Positions 1-8,966 of a stretch of 64,000 bases of DNA are shown in pieces. Under the pieces are notes generated by a model. It was not told where the DNA came from. It made no database searches and saw only the letters and a list, made by a program, of their open reading frames with translations. The position numbers and the translations under genes were made by a program. Origin of the DNA: an uncultured Erysipelotrichaceae bacterium (GTDB taxonomy: Bacteria > Bacillota_I > Bacilli_A > RFN20 > CAG-826); the NCBI GenBank assembly GCA_902787955.1, contig CADAIJ010000006.1:8922-72921 (forward strand), read 5' to 3'. Position 1 is the first letter of the stretch; each line of letters starts with the position of its first letter.

Positions 1-694
1 GACTATAGATGATACTAATAGTTCAACTGAAGATTTAATGAAGCAAAAATATGTTGTTTTCAGTGATGAAAATGGCAATTATTTTGATTATCGTGAAATT
101 AAAGAAATCATCGATAATGGCGATGATACGTATGATGTTCATTTAAAGAATTCAGTAGAACTTCCAGAAGGCGATAGCTCTTGTATTTATATTGGTGAAT
201 TTTTGCCTACTGGAACAACAGATAATATGCGTGGTTCTTCTAAAGGAACCTCATTTAGCGGAGCAATGAACTATCGCGGTGTTGAAAACTGGTATGGTAA
301 CTATGATACCTGGTTAGATGGCATCGGTTTTAAAGATTTAGCTGGCGATAACGGTGGTTCACTTGTTTATTCATTTGATCCTAATCGTTATTCATCTTCA
401 GATTTTTCTTCTTATGAAGAAATTGAAAATGTAAATCTTAACGGTTTTGACGGCACTTATAATGTAGATGATTTTGGTTTGATTTATCCAACTAATAATG
501 GTGGAGAATCAATTGATAATACATATTGCAATATAAGTTCTTCGAATGAAACAGTCGCTTATCGTATTGGCTTTATGGGCGGCTCTTCGTACAATGGTTC
601 GGATGCTGGTGCCTTCTACTTGCACCTCTGGCTTGATGCTTCGCTTGCTGGCGCGTACTGCGGTTTCCGCCTTTCGCAATATCCTTCTAAATAG
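1..694 (+). CDS. DGR target protein with C-terminal CLec-like variable domain (probably 5'-truncated by the window edge)
   Basis: Frame is open from base 2 to the ATG at 38; motifs YRGVENWYGN and GGS.YNG..AG.F...GFRL; VR at the 3' end. Confidence 0.9.
   Translation, partial: TIDDTNSSTEDLMKQKYVVFSDENGNYFDYREIKEIIDNGDDTYDVHLKNSVELPEGDSSCIYIGEFLPTGTTDNMRGSSKGTSFSGAMNYRGVENWYGNYDTWLDGIGFKDLAGDNGGSLVYSFDPNRYSSSDFSSYEEIENVNLNGFDGTYNVDDFGLIYPTNNGGESIDNTYCNISSSNETVAYRIGFMGGSSYNGSDAGAFYLHLWLDASLAGAYCGFRLSQYPSK
578..673 (+). repeat. DGR variable repeat (VR)
   Basis: 96-bp ungapped match to 765-860 with 15 mismatches, all opposite TR adenines. Confidence 0.97.
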
Positions 695-697
695 GTT

Positions 698-725
698 CTA
701 GGGAAATGTTGTTCCCTAGCTTTTT
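698..725 (+). terminator. Hairpin downstream of VR (DGR homing stem-loop and/or intrinsic terminator)
   Basis: CTAGGGAA-atgttg-TTCCCTAG followed by C and TTTTT. Confidence 0.75.
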
Positions 726-764
726 GACGTAAAGAATTGAACAACAAGGGTAATTGACTCTGGA

Positions 765-860
765 AGCGGCAATTCGAACAATGGTTCGGATGCTGGTGCC
801 TTCTACTTGAACCTCAGGAATGATGCTTCGAATGCTAACACGAACTACGGTTTCCGCCTT
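765..860 (+). ncRNA. DGR template repeat (TR)
   Basis: Intergenic, AAC/AAT-rich copy of VR (23 adenines) directly upstream of the RT gene. Confidence 0.95.
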
Positions 861-975
861 AGATTTACCGATTGATTTTGAACCTTATTGGTTGAGTCAA
901 TTATCCTGGGGTTCCCGAAATTAAAATGAAGGGTTTCTTTAGTAAATTATTGAAAGAGAAATATAGGTAAATGAA

Positions 976-2007
976 ATGAAAAGACTTGGTTATTTATTTG
1001 AAAAAGTTATCGATGAAGATAATCTTCGCTTGGCTTTTATAAATGCTGCTAAGGGTTCTTCTAAAAGGAAAAAAGCAAAGTTTTATTTAGATAATATTGA
1101 TGCTTTTATTCCTTTATTGAAGTCATTATTTGTTAATGATTCATTTCAACCTTTAGTTAGAAACAGATTTATTATCCAGGAGAAGTTATCAAACAAGGTT
1201 AGAAAGATCTCTTCTTGTAGATTCTTCCCTGATTTAGTTGTTCAACATGCTTTATTTCAAGTTTTAGAAAAGGATGTCATTTTGAAAGGATCTTATCCAT
1301 ATTCTGTGGCATCGATTAAAGGTCGTGGTATCAGATGTGGAAAAGAATATCTTGAAAAAGTTTTAAAGAAAAATCGAGCTCGTTATTGTTTAAAGCTCGA
1401 TATATCTAAATATTATGATTCGATTAATCCTTCTATTTTATATGGATTTATCGAGAAGAAGATAAAAGACGTTAAGGTTCTTTCTATTCTTAAAAAGATA
1501 ATCTTTGTTCAAGAAAAAGGAATTCCTATCGGATTTTATTCTTCTCAAAAGTTTTCTGAATTATATTTACAGTCTTTTGATCATTTTGTAAAAGAAGAAC
1601 TAGATATCAAATATTATGTTCGCTATTGCGATGATTTAGTTCTTATCGATTCTAATCGAAGAAAGCTCTTAAAATCTTTAGATCGAATTATTGAATTTTT
1701 AAATAATTTAGGTTTGAAGATTAAAGACAATTGGCTCTTATTTAGAATCGATGACGAAAATGGTGTAGATTTTCTTGGTTTTAAGTTTTTTAAATCTAAG
1801 ACATCAATTAGAAAACGTATTTGGAAGAACATTAGAAGATGCTTATTAGATCTTAAGGTTCGCTTTTGGTCTTTAAAGCTTCTTCAAAGGTTTTTCTCTT
1901 ATTGGGGATATATTAAGAATTCGAATTGTTTCTATATAAAGAATTTTTATCTTAAGAATATTCGTTTTGAAATTCTTAAAGAAAGGATTGCTTCTTATGG
2001 CGCGTAG
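976..2007 (+). CDS. DGR-type reverse transcriptase
   Basis: KLDISKYYDSI, GIPIGFYSSQ (DGR-type SQ motif), YVRYCDD, DFLGF; 343 aa with no maturase or endonuclease domain. Confidence 0.95.
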   Translation: MKRLGYLFEKVIDEDNLRLAFINAAKGSSKRKKAKFYLDNIDAFIPLLKSLFVNDSFQPLVRNRFIIQEKLSNKVRKISSCRFFPDLVVQHALFQVLEKDVILKGSYPYSVASIKGRGIRCGKEYLEKVLKKNRARYCLKLDISKYYDSINPSILYGFIEKKIKDVKVLSILKKIIFVQEKGIPIGFYSSQKFSELYLQSFDHFVKEELDIKYYVRYCDDLVLIDSNRRKLLKSLDRIIEFLNNLGLKIKDNWLLFRIDDENGVDFLGFKFFKSKTSIRKRIWKNIRRCLLDLKVRFWSLKLLQRFFSYWGYIKNSNCFYIKNFYLKNIRFEILKERIASYGA

Positions 2008-2182
2008 TAAAAGAAAAAGAGTATTTAAACGTTATGTTGTTTTAGCGATTTTTTCTGTTGTTATTTTGTTAGTAGCGGCCTTTCTTTTTTGGTATATCCC
2101 TCAACTTCAAGTTCAAGCTTCTGGTGGAGGCAATTATTTAAATCCATTTATTATTCCAGAAGTTGAACATATTTATTTTTAG
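1997..2182 (+). CDS. Small single-TM protein (61 aa), candidate virion or exported peptide
   Basis: GAAAGGA RBS at 1981, ATG 1997 overlaps the RT end; basic N-terminus and one hydrophobic helix. Confidence 0.6.
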   Translation: MARSKRKRVFKRYVVLAIFSVVILLVAAFLFWYIPQLQVQASGGGNYLNPFIIPEVEHIYF

Positions 2183-2194
2183 GAGGTAGATTCT

Positions 2195-3772
2195 ATGAAT
2201 AAGAAATTGATGATATTATCGTTAATTCCATTAATTCCATCTTTGATTGGATGCTCAAATCCTTTAATGGTGGAAGCTTCTGGATCTAAATCAATTTATG
2301 AATCGACTGTTCTTGATGATTTAACTTCTGATGAGTCTTTCCATGAAGATATTTATACAGTAGATGATTTTGCTGTTATAAAGTTCATGGAATTTGGCTA
2401 TGCCAAGAACAGCGATACATTGTTTGATTTATTTTTCTATTTTTATCTAACTCCTGATAAATCTTATAATGTTTCAAAATTTAGCCAAATAGTCGCGGCA
2501 AACTCTAATAATGATTATGAGTCTTATGATTTAAGAGTCATTGATTCAAACAATGGGTTTTATAAGACTCAAGTAATAAATTCTAAATCATTATATTTAG
2601 ATAATCTTAATACGCGTGTGTATAACATCTCCAAATATACCGTCTATTCTCGACCTTTAGATGATGAATCAGAAGATAAGATCTCTTTCGATGTTTCTTC
2701 TTCATTTACATTTAGTGGTTTTGCTGAATCCATGAATGGGAATGATTCATCCTCTTTAGAGTGTGCTGAGAATACGTTAGAAACCATCAATCTTGATGTC
2801 AGTGTTGGTAATTGGCTTTCAAAATCTTCTGGAGGCTATCGAAAGAACATTTTCTATGCCTGGTTTAATATCCCTAATCATTTATTAGATTATTATGGTT
2901 ATTTAGATAAAGTTGAGTATCAATATAGTTCTGTTGTATTACCTAATTATTTAGCTTTAACTGAGGATCAAACAATCGCTGTTTTTAATAATGGTGCCAG
3001 AACCAGCAGTAATTCTTCTGTTTCCTGGGCTCCATATACATCTGATTTAAATAATCTTAATAATGATTTTTTTAGATTTTGGATTCCTACTTGGGATTCA
3101 CCTGTTTCTCGTAAAGAAGTTGAACTTAGATCCAAACAGTTTTTAACACCTGCTTTAGATTGGACTTATCACCATATTGAAACGGAGAATATGGAAGAAT
3201 CATATTCGATTACTGAAAACCATCTCAATGGTTTTGAAAGATGGTGGGAAGAAACCTTTCACGGTATTGCTTATAGTGAATTTGATCTTGGGGATTTAAA
3301 TGTTTGGGATATTTTAAGCACAAGTGATTTGGGCTTAAGCAAATCATCGTTTGGATCCAAATATTTTGTTGATGAAGAAGATGTTGATTCTATTAAATCC
3401 TATTTATCCAGATCATCTCAAACGACTTATTTACTAAGATATCATGATGATGATTATTATTCAGAAAATGTTCGCCATGAAGCTTTAGGCGAATACCTTG
3501 GTTATTACTTTAGTTCTCATGCGTGTCTTGATTTTGAAATCATCACTTTCACTTTTAGGAAAGATGGGGTTTCAAAAATTATTCCTGTGATTCATTCTCC
3601 TTTAAATAATTTTCCAAAAGGACTAGCCGCGGATGTTTCAGATCCATGGGGCTGGCTTAAAACAATGTTGATGGCCATTATTCCTTTTGTTCTTGCTATT
3701 TTTGGAGGTGTTCTAGCGTTTTCTCTTATTAAAGCTAGGATATCGCGTCCAAAAGTAAAAATTAAAAAGTAG
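2195..3772 (+). CDS. Exported protein with C-terminal membrane anchor (pIII/adhesin-like topology)
   Basis: AGGAGGT RBS; signal peptide with LIGC lipobox-like motif; C-terminal TM followed by a basic tail. Confidence 0.6.
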   Translation: MNKKLMILSLIPLIPSLIGCSNPLMVEASGSKSIYESTVLDDLTSDESFHEDIYTVDDFAVIKFMEFGYAKNSDTLFDLFFYFYLTPDKSYNVSKFSQIVAANSNNDYESYDLRVIDSNNGFYKTQVINSKSLYLDNLNTRVYNISKYTVYSRPLDDESEDKISFDVSSSFTFSGFAESMNGNDSSSLECAENTLETINLDVSVGNWLSKSSGGYRKNIFYAWFNIPNHLLDYYGYLDKVEYQYSSVVLPNYLALTEDQTIAVFNNGARTSSNSSVSWAPYTSDLNNLNNDFFRFWIPTWDSPVSRKEVELRSKQFLTPALDWTYHHIETENMEESYSITENHLNGFERWWEETFHGIAYSEFDLGDLNVWDILSTSDLGLSKSSFGSKYFVDEEDVDSIKSYLSRSSQTTYLLRYHDDDYYSENVRHEALGEYLGYYFSSHACLDFEIITFTFRKDGVSKIIPVIHSPLNNFPKGLAADVSDPWGWLKTMLMAIIPFVLAIFGGVLAFSLIKARISRPKVKIKK

Positions 3773-3791
3773 GAAAAATAGGAGGTTGGCC

Positions 3792-4172
3792 ATGAATAAC
3801 GAAATTTTTAGAAAACATCGAAGTAGCAAGAATGTACTTCTTCTTGTTATCGTTCTTGTTTTATCTATTTTTACTACATCAATTTCTTTAGTCATTTCTC
3901 ATAAAGAGATTCCTTCTGATATTAATGAAACATTTTTTGTGAATTATAGATTGGTTAAAGGTTATCTCTTTTACGAAAAATCTTTATTTGTTCTTGAGGG
4001 AAAGAAGGAAGATGATAAGTCATATTCCTGGCAAATCGCCACCTTCTTTCCATACACGATTTATAAAGATTATGTTGAATTAAAAAATTCAAATATGGTT
4101 TTAAAGTTCTATAGCAAATATTTATTTGATGGAACTAATTTATTCACTTATGGAGGTGAAATGTCGTTATGA
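3792..4172 (+). CDS. Hypothetical single-TM protein
   Basis: AGGAGG RBS before ATG 3792; N-terminal hydrophobic helix; ATGA overlap with the next gene. Confidence 0.65.
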   Translation: MNNEIFRKHRSSKNVLLLVIVLVLSIFTTSISLVISHKEIPSDINETFFVNYRLVKGYLFYEKSLFVLEGKKEDDKSYSWQIATFFPYTIYKDYVELKNSNMVLKFYSKYLFDGTNLFTYGGEMSL

Positions 4173-6403
4173 AGAATTTTAATTATCGATATATCATTTC
4201 AATAAGTGTTATAACGTTGATGCTTCTTCTCTGTATCTTTGTTTATGGAAATAATGTGATTCGCATCTGGTATTCTTTCCAAGTTTTCGGCGAGGAGATT
4301 TCTTATTATTTCCTTTCAATGTTTAACGAAGATGTTGAAACACCAACATTATATTTTCAGCTTCTGGTTGATGAAGAATTTTTAAGAAGCTATTTTCTTC
4401 CAGAGAATTTCGATGAACTTCTTTTAAATCTTGGAATGCTTTTCCGTTTCTTTGCAGTAAGCGATTTTTGGTTTATCTGGTTAGAATTTTTAGCGAAATT
4501 TTTCTCAATTGGTTTGTTGGTTGTTATGTTTGGATTTATCTTTTTCGTCATTATGAAGATTTCTTATTCATTTATGTTTAAAGAAAACGAAAATGGATTA
4601 GAGCAATCTAAAGGAGTTATTTCCTATAAGAAATTCGAAGATAAAGTTCTTTCGAAAGTTATTGCCTGGATTAAAGAAGAAGTGGATTTTATTTTGCATG
4701 CTCCACTTTCAAAGATGTTTAGGATCATCTTTTATCTTGAATTAGCTTTTATGCTTAATTTGTATCCTTTGGTTATTGTTTTTATCGGTGGAATTTTCTA
4801 TCTTTCTTGCTCTGGAAATCTCCTTTTATTGCTTGAATTAGTATTTAACATAATTGTTTTATTTATCGACATGGTAAGAGTTTTCTCTTTGCCAGGTTTA
4901 ATTCTTCTTTGTTTAATTCTTTTTATTGTTTTACGTGTCAAGGCAGCTTATCGTCATTTGGAATTCTTAGAATCAATTGATAAGAATTTTGTGGATAAGC
5001 TAGGAGTGGTTACTTCCATCTCTGGTGTTGTTGGATCTGGAAAGACCTGGCTTGGCACAGATTTTTATTTGACCGCGATCGATGTTTTTCGCGATAAGGC
5101 GCTTAACATTCTCAATACAATTCAACTTAGATGGCCAACCTACAATTTTTTCTATGTTGAAAACTTTGTGAAGTTAGGCGCTTTTTCGAATCATTATTCA
5201 GTTAAAGACGAGCTTCATAAGCTCTTTAGGACTTATATTAATGAAAAAGGTGAATTAATCTTCGATATCGAAGATAAGCTTCATCTTTTTGATGTTGAAT
5301 GTTGGGCATATTTTGATGGTTTGAGGTATCAAAGCTTATTAGATAACATTATTGAGTATGCCCAGGTTTATTACATTTATAAATCGGAGCTTGGCTCTGC
5401 TAATTATTCCATCAGAACATCTGATTATAAGAAAGATTTAGATCATTTCCCTTTATATGTGGAGAATTATTTTAAAGAGAAATGTCCTGATAATGATTAT
5501 TATTCGAAGATTGTTGATTTCGATTCTTTTAGACTTAAAAAACAAATTGATGAAAATGATAAATTTAAGGATATTGTATGTTTTGGTGTTTTCTCTTTTA
5601 CCGAGCTTGATAAAGAAAGAGGCAATGCTTTCGAAAATCGTGGAATTAAAAAGACTGCGAATGAAGCTAATCAGATGAATGATGGCTTCAATCAATTTTT
5701 GAAGCTTATTCGCCACAAATGTACGATTGGCCATACTTGTTTCTTTAAGATGTTTTATGATGGTCAAAGAAAGAACAGTATCAATGGTGATCTTAATTCC
5801 ATCGCCGAGAATCTTATTTATTTAAGAAGTGCTTCTGGGGAGGATAAATCAACGTTGACATTTGTTTCGTTTTTCCTTCAATTTCCAGATTTCATCGTTT
5901 CTTTTTATAAGAGATTTATTAATCATTTTAGATTCTATAGAGAAGATACTAATTTATTTAGTTATCTTTTCTCGAAGCTTGCTTCGAAATGTTTTAAGCT
6001 TTTGGAATTTATTTCCAAAACATTTTCTTATCGTGTCTTAGAACTTGATGTGAACCATGGGGATATTGATGGCAATACCGTTAAGGATGAGCCAGCTTCT
6101 TATTATCGCCTTTATAAGAAAGTTGGCTATCGCTATAGCACGGATTGCTATCAGTTCTTATTTGAGGATGCTGCGATCTCCTCCGAATTTGGATTAAATG
6201 ACATGCCAAATTATCAGGATATTGTTGCAAGCCGCGAAGAGCTTCTACGCCAAAATTCTTATTTCTTTAACGAGCTCTTTAAGAAGCGTGGTGAGGAACC
6301 TTTATCTCAAGAAGATGAATCTGGTTTAAAGGATGAAGTTTCATCCGATCCAGATTCATCTATAAGATTTGATTCCGATTTCTTCGGAGGGAATTTAAAG
6401 TGA
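4169..6403 (+). CDS. Membrane P-loop ATPase, pI/Zot-like morphogenesis protein
   Basis: Multi-TM N-terminus; Walker A GVVGSGKT; Walker-B-like VFSFTE; Zot-like LIRH...GQ...I..DL..IAE.LI segment. Confidence 0.65.
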   Translation: MKNFNYRYIISISVITLMLLLCIFVYGNNVIRIWYSFQVFGEEISYYFLSMFNEDVETPTLYFQLLVDEEFLRSYFLPENFDELLLNLGMLFRFFAVSDFWFIWLEFLAKFFSIGLLVVMFGFIFFVIMKISYSFMFKENENGLEQSKGVISYKKFEDKVLSKVIAWIKEEVDFILHAPLSKMFRIIFYLELAFMLNLYPLVIVFIGGIFYLSCSGNLLLLLELVFNIIVLFIDMVRVFSLPGLILLCLILFIVLRVKAAYRHLEFLESIDKNFVDKLGVVTSISGVVGSGKTWLGTDFYLTAIDVFRDKALNILNTIQLRWPTYNFFYVENFVKLGAFSNHYSVKDELHKLFRTYINEKGELIFDIEDKLHLFDVECWAYFDGLRYQSLLDNIIEYAQVYYIYKSELGSANYSIRTSDYKKDLDHFPLYVENYFKEKCPDNDYYSKIVDFDSFRLKKQIDENDKFKDIVCFGVFSFTELDKERGNAFENRGIKKTANEANQMNDGFNQFLKLIRHKCTIGHTCFFKMFYDGQRKNSINGDLNSIAENLIYLRSASGEDKSTLTFVSFFLQFPDFIVSFYKRFINHFRFYREDTNLFSYLFSKLASKCFKLLEFISKTFSYRVLELDVNHGDIDGNTVKDEPASYYRLYKKVGYRYSTDCYQFLFEDAAISSEFGLNDMPNYQDIVASREELLRQNSYFFNELFKKRGEEPLSQEDESGLKDEVSSDPDSSIRFDSDFFGGNLK

Positions 6404-6461
6404 AGATCTTCACTTGGTCAAACACCCGGGTAATTAAGGCGGTCAATTTTTCAAATTGTGG

Positions 6462-6477
6462 GGGTGGAGTAACACCC
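6462..6477 (+). other. Candidate rolling-circle nick site (dso/oriT) hairpin
   Basis: GGGTG-gagtaa-CACCC just upstream of the Rep_trans gene. Confidence 0.45.
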
Positions 6478-6511
6478 ATAGTTATACCAACAATCTATAT
6501 GGAGGCAGATT

Positions 6512-7714
6512 ATGAAAGCAAAAGATAACGTAAACATTCTTATTGACTATTTTAAAGTTGGTTTTGATTTCACTGTTTCTTTTAAGGAAGGCTTTTATGT
6601 TGAATTTTTAAAACTCATCTCTAAAGACGTAAAAGATGCTGAAAGAATTCCTTATGCCGCGTTTGGTTATAACGAAGGATACAACGTTGGTGAAAACATT
6701 TTCTTTTTCTCTGGTGGCGATTTTACTCGCAATAAAGCAGGTGAAGAAACAAGTCTTTTCGAACTTAAGGGTTCAGCTTGTCGAGAATTCGAAGCATATG
6801 GTGGTTCCTGGCTTAGTTTATTTGAACTTGTATTTCAATATGGCGGTCATTGCACCAGAATTGATATCGCTATTGATGATCAATCGGGATTGATTACAAT
6901 CGACGAACTTAAAGATAAAGTGTTGAAGCATGAATACACCACTAAGACCAGGAATATGATTTTAGATGAAAATCTTCCAGAAGAAGTTATGAACCAAGAG
7001 TTCGATGAACCTCAAATTAGAACTTCAAATAATAAGGGCTTTACTGCAACTTTTGGGGGAAGATCTAATTCGCAACTTTGTATTTATAATAAAAAAGCGG
7101 AAAGAGAAGCTCACGGTTATATCGTAACTTACTCTTCTTGGATAAGGTTTGAATGTCGTTATTATCATTCAACCGCTCAAAGTGCTTTTTTGAAACTCTT
7201 TAAAGTTTTAAAAGAGGATTTTATCAATGGTGCGATTGATCTTTATCCGAAAGCTTGTTTATCATTCTTAGCTCATCTAATTGAATTTAAGGAATCGATT
7301 AAAAATTATGGTAGCTCTAATCGCTATTTAGAAACGAATTGGTCTAAATGGGATTTATTCTGCAAGAAGATTGAGAAATGTGTTCCTCATTGTTCTCCTA
7401 AATTAGAACAAACTCTTTTTGACAATTATTCGTGGTTTTATAGAACAAATAAGAGAATTTTAAATCGTTTGTTTGGATCTGATCCATCTAGATTCAAATC
7501 TTTTATTTCTTACTGCATGAAAGAAGGCTTTCGTGAAGGAAAAGTTACTTTAAATGATATTCAAGTCATTAATAACTTTAGAAAAAAAGAAGGATTTGAG
7601 CCAATATCTCTCAATCAATTAGAAAATTATTTAGCTTCTGAAACAGTTCTAGAAGAAGATTCATCTTACTTTGAACGTTTTAAAGATAAATACACATATA
7701 AGGAGGAATATTAA
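6512..7714 (+). CDS. Rep_trans-family rolling-circle replication initiator
   Basis: Motifs FELKGSACR, TRIDIAIDD, FGGRS..LCIYNKKAE (catalytic Tyr), WIRFECR. Confidence 0.88.
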   Translation: MKAKDNVNILIDYFKVGFDFTVSFKEGFYVEFLKLISKDVKDAERIPYAAFGYNEGYNVGENIFFFSGGDFTRNKAGEETSLFELKGSACREFEAYGGSWLSLFELVFQYGGHCTRIDIAIDDQSGLITIDELKDKVLKHEYTTKTRNMILDENLPEEVMNQEFDEPQIRTSNNKGFTATFGGRSNSQLCIYNKKAEREAHGYIVTYSSWIRFECRYYHSTAQSAFLKLFKVLKEDFINGAIDLYPKACLSFLAHLIEFKESIKNYGSSNRYLETNWSKWDLFCKKIEKCVPHCSPKLEQTLFDNYSWFYRTNKRILNRLFGSDPSRFKSFISYCMKEGFREGKVTLNDIQVINNFRKKEGFEPISLNQLENYLASETVLEEDSSYFERFKDKYTYKEEY

Positions 7715-7811
7715 TGTTTTTGTTAGCTGTTATTACGAATCGATGTGAAAAATGATAAATTCGGTGGTCTATTTGTAAATTTTATTTAAGAAAGGTAGGT
7801 ATTTATTAAAA

Positions 7812-8948
7812 ATGGCAAAAGAAAATATTAGTCAGGCGACTGACCAACAAGAATTATTAGTTCTTGAAAATAATTACAAAGTTAGTTCAGTTATTAATTA
7901 TCATATTGATCATATTGTTGAAGAATTAAAAGATTTAACAAATCATTTTTTCAATCTTGGTTATCATTTATTTAAATTAAAAGAATCCTGGGATGAAAAT
8001 TTAACAAAAAGTGAATTTTATAACTATTGTGAAGAAAAGTTTTTTCTTAAATCTACATCTATTAAAAATTTTATTAATGTTTATAAATCATTTAGATCCA
8101 TTGATGATGAAGATGAGTTAGATGAAAGATTTGAAGGCTTTTCTTTTACTGCATTGGTTGAGCTTCTTCCTATTTCTGATGATAAAGTGTTTGCTAAAGA
8201 GTTTAAGCAATTATCCACTAGAGAAATAAAAGAAGTTGTAGCTATTGGTAAAGAAGATTTTTCTGATGATAGTTTTTTAAAGCAAGTTTTTGGCTTAATG
8301 AAAATTCTTTTAGAAAAGAAGAAGGTGAACTGTGAATTTTTATCTATCGATGTTGAATCATCTCTTCCTGTTATTTATTTGGTTGTTTCATATGGAAACG
8401 CTAAAGTTAAAATGGAACTTTCATTAAAAGTAGGAACTACTTATTATGGCAATCAAGAAGATGAAATATTTTATTTAAGATCTCATGATTACATTGCGGC
8501 TTTTGAATTTTGGTCACAAGCTTTCGGAATCAACGATTTATCTGAGGTTGTTAATAAAATTGCTAAAGCAATTATTAAATATTCTGATCTTCGTCAAGAT
8601 GAACCTGAGGAAACTAAAAAAGTAATGTTTGTTCCAACAGGTGCTGCAAAGCGTTTAAGTCTTAAGAAAAAACAGTTAGTAAGTTATGTAGATAATCCTG
8701 AAAATTACATGGAAGATATAGAAATTCATGTTTTTAACAACGATTCTTTTTTTCCTGAATTTCAAATTCGTTGCTTAAGATGTTGTGATTATATTTGGGG
8801 TATCTTTAGAAAACCATCGCCTGAAGATTATGGTTATAATGATTTATCTGAAGAAGAAAAGAATACATTTAAGCTTAGAAAAATTATTAATAATCGTTTT
8901 GTTGAAATTAATAATTGGGAAAAAGAAGAATTGATGCTTAAGGAATAA
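7812..8948 (+). CDS. Hypothetical protein with DUF3102-like N-terminus
   Basis: LGYHLFKLK...F.NYCEEKF......NFINVY pattern; AAAGGT RBS. Confidence 0.5.
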   Translation: MAKENISQATDQQELLVLENNYKVSSVINYHIDHIVEELKDLTNHFFNLGYHLFKLKESWDENLTKSEFYNYCEEKFFLKSTSIKNFINVYKSFRSIDDEDELDERFEGFSFTALVELLPISDDKVFAKEFKQLSTREIKEVVAIGKEDFSDDSFLKQVFGLMKILLEKKKVNCEFLSIDVESSLPVIYLVVSYGNAKVKMELSLKVGTTYYGNQEDEIFYLRSHDYIAAFEFWSQAFGINDLSEVVNKIAKAIIKYSDLRQDEPEETKKVMFVPTGAAKRLSLKKKQLVSYVDNPENYMEDIEIHVFNNDSFFPEFQIRCLRCCDYIWGIFRKPSPEDYGYNDLSEEEKNTFKLRKIINNRFVEINNWEKEELMLKE

Positions 8949-8966
8949 GGCTGAAAGGAGAAAACA

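Noticed and set aside
724-755. TTGACG as the -35 of a TR promoter
   Set aside because: No acceptable -10 at 16-18 bp spacing
976-2007. RT as a group II intron, retron or Abi RT
   Set aside because: The SQ motif, short length and adjacent adenine-specific TR/VR pair identify a DGR
3786-4172. Avd candidate because of its size
   Set aside because: Strong N-terminal TM helix and aromatic, strand-like remainder; not a soluble four-helix basic protein
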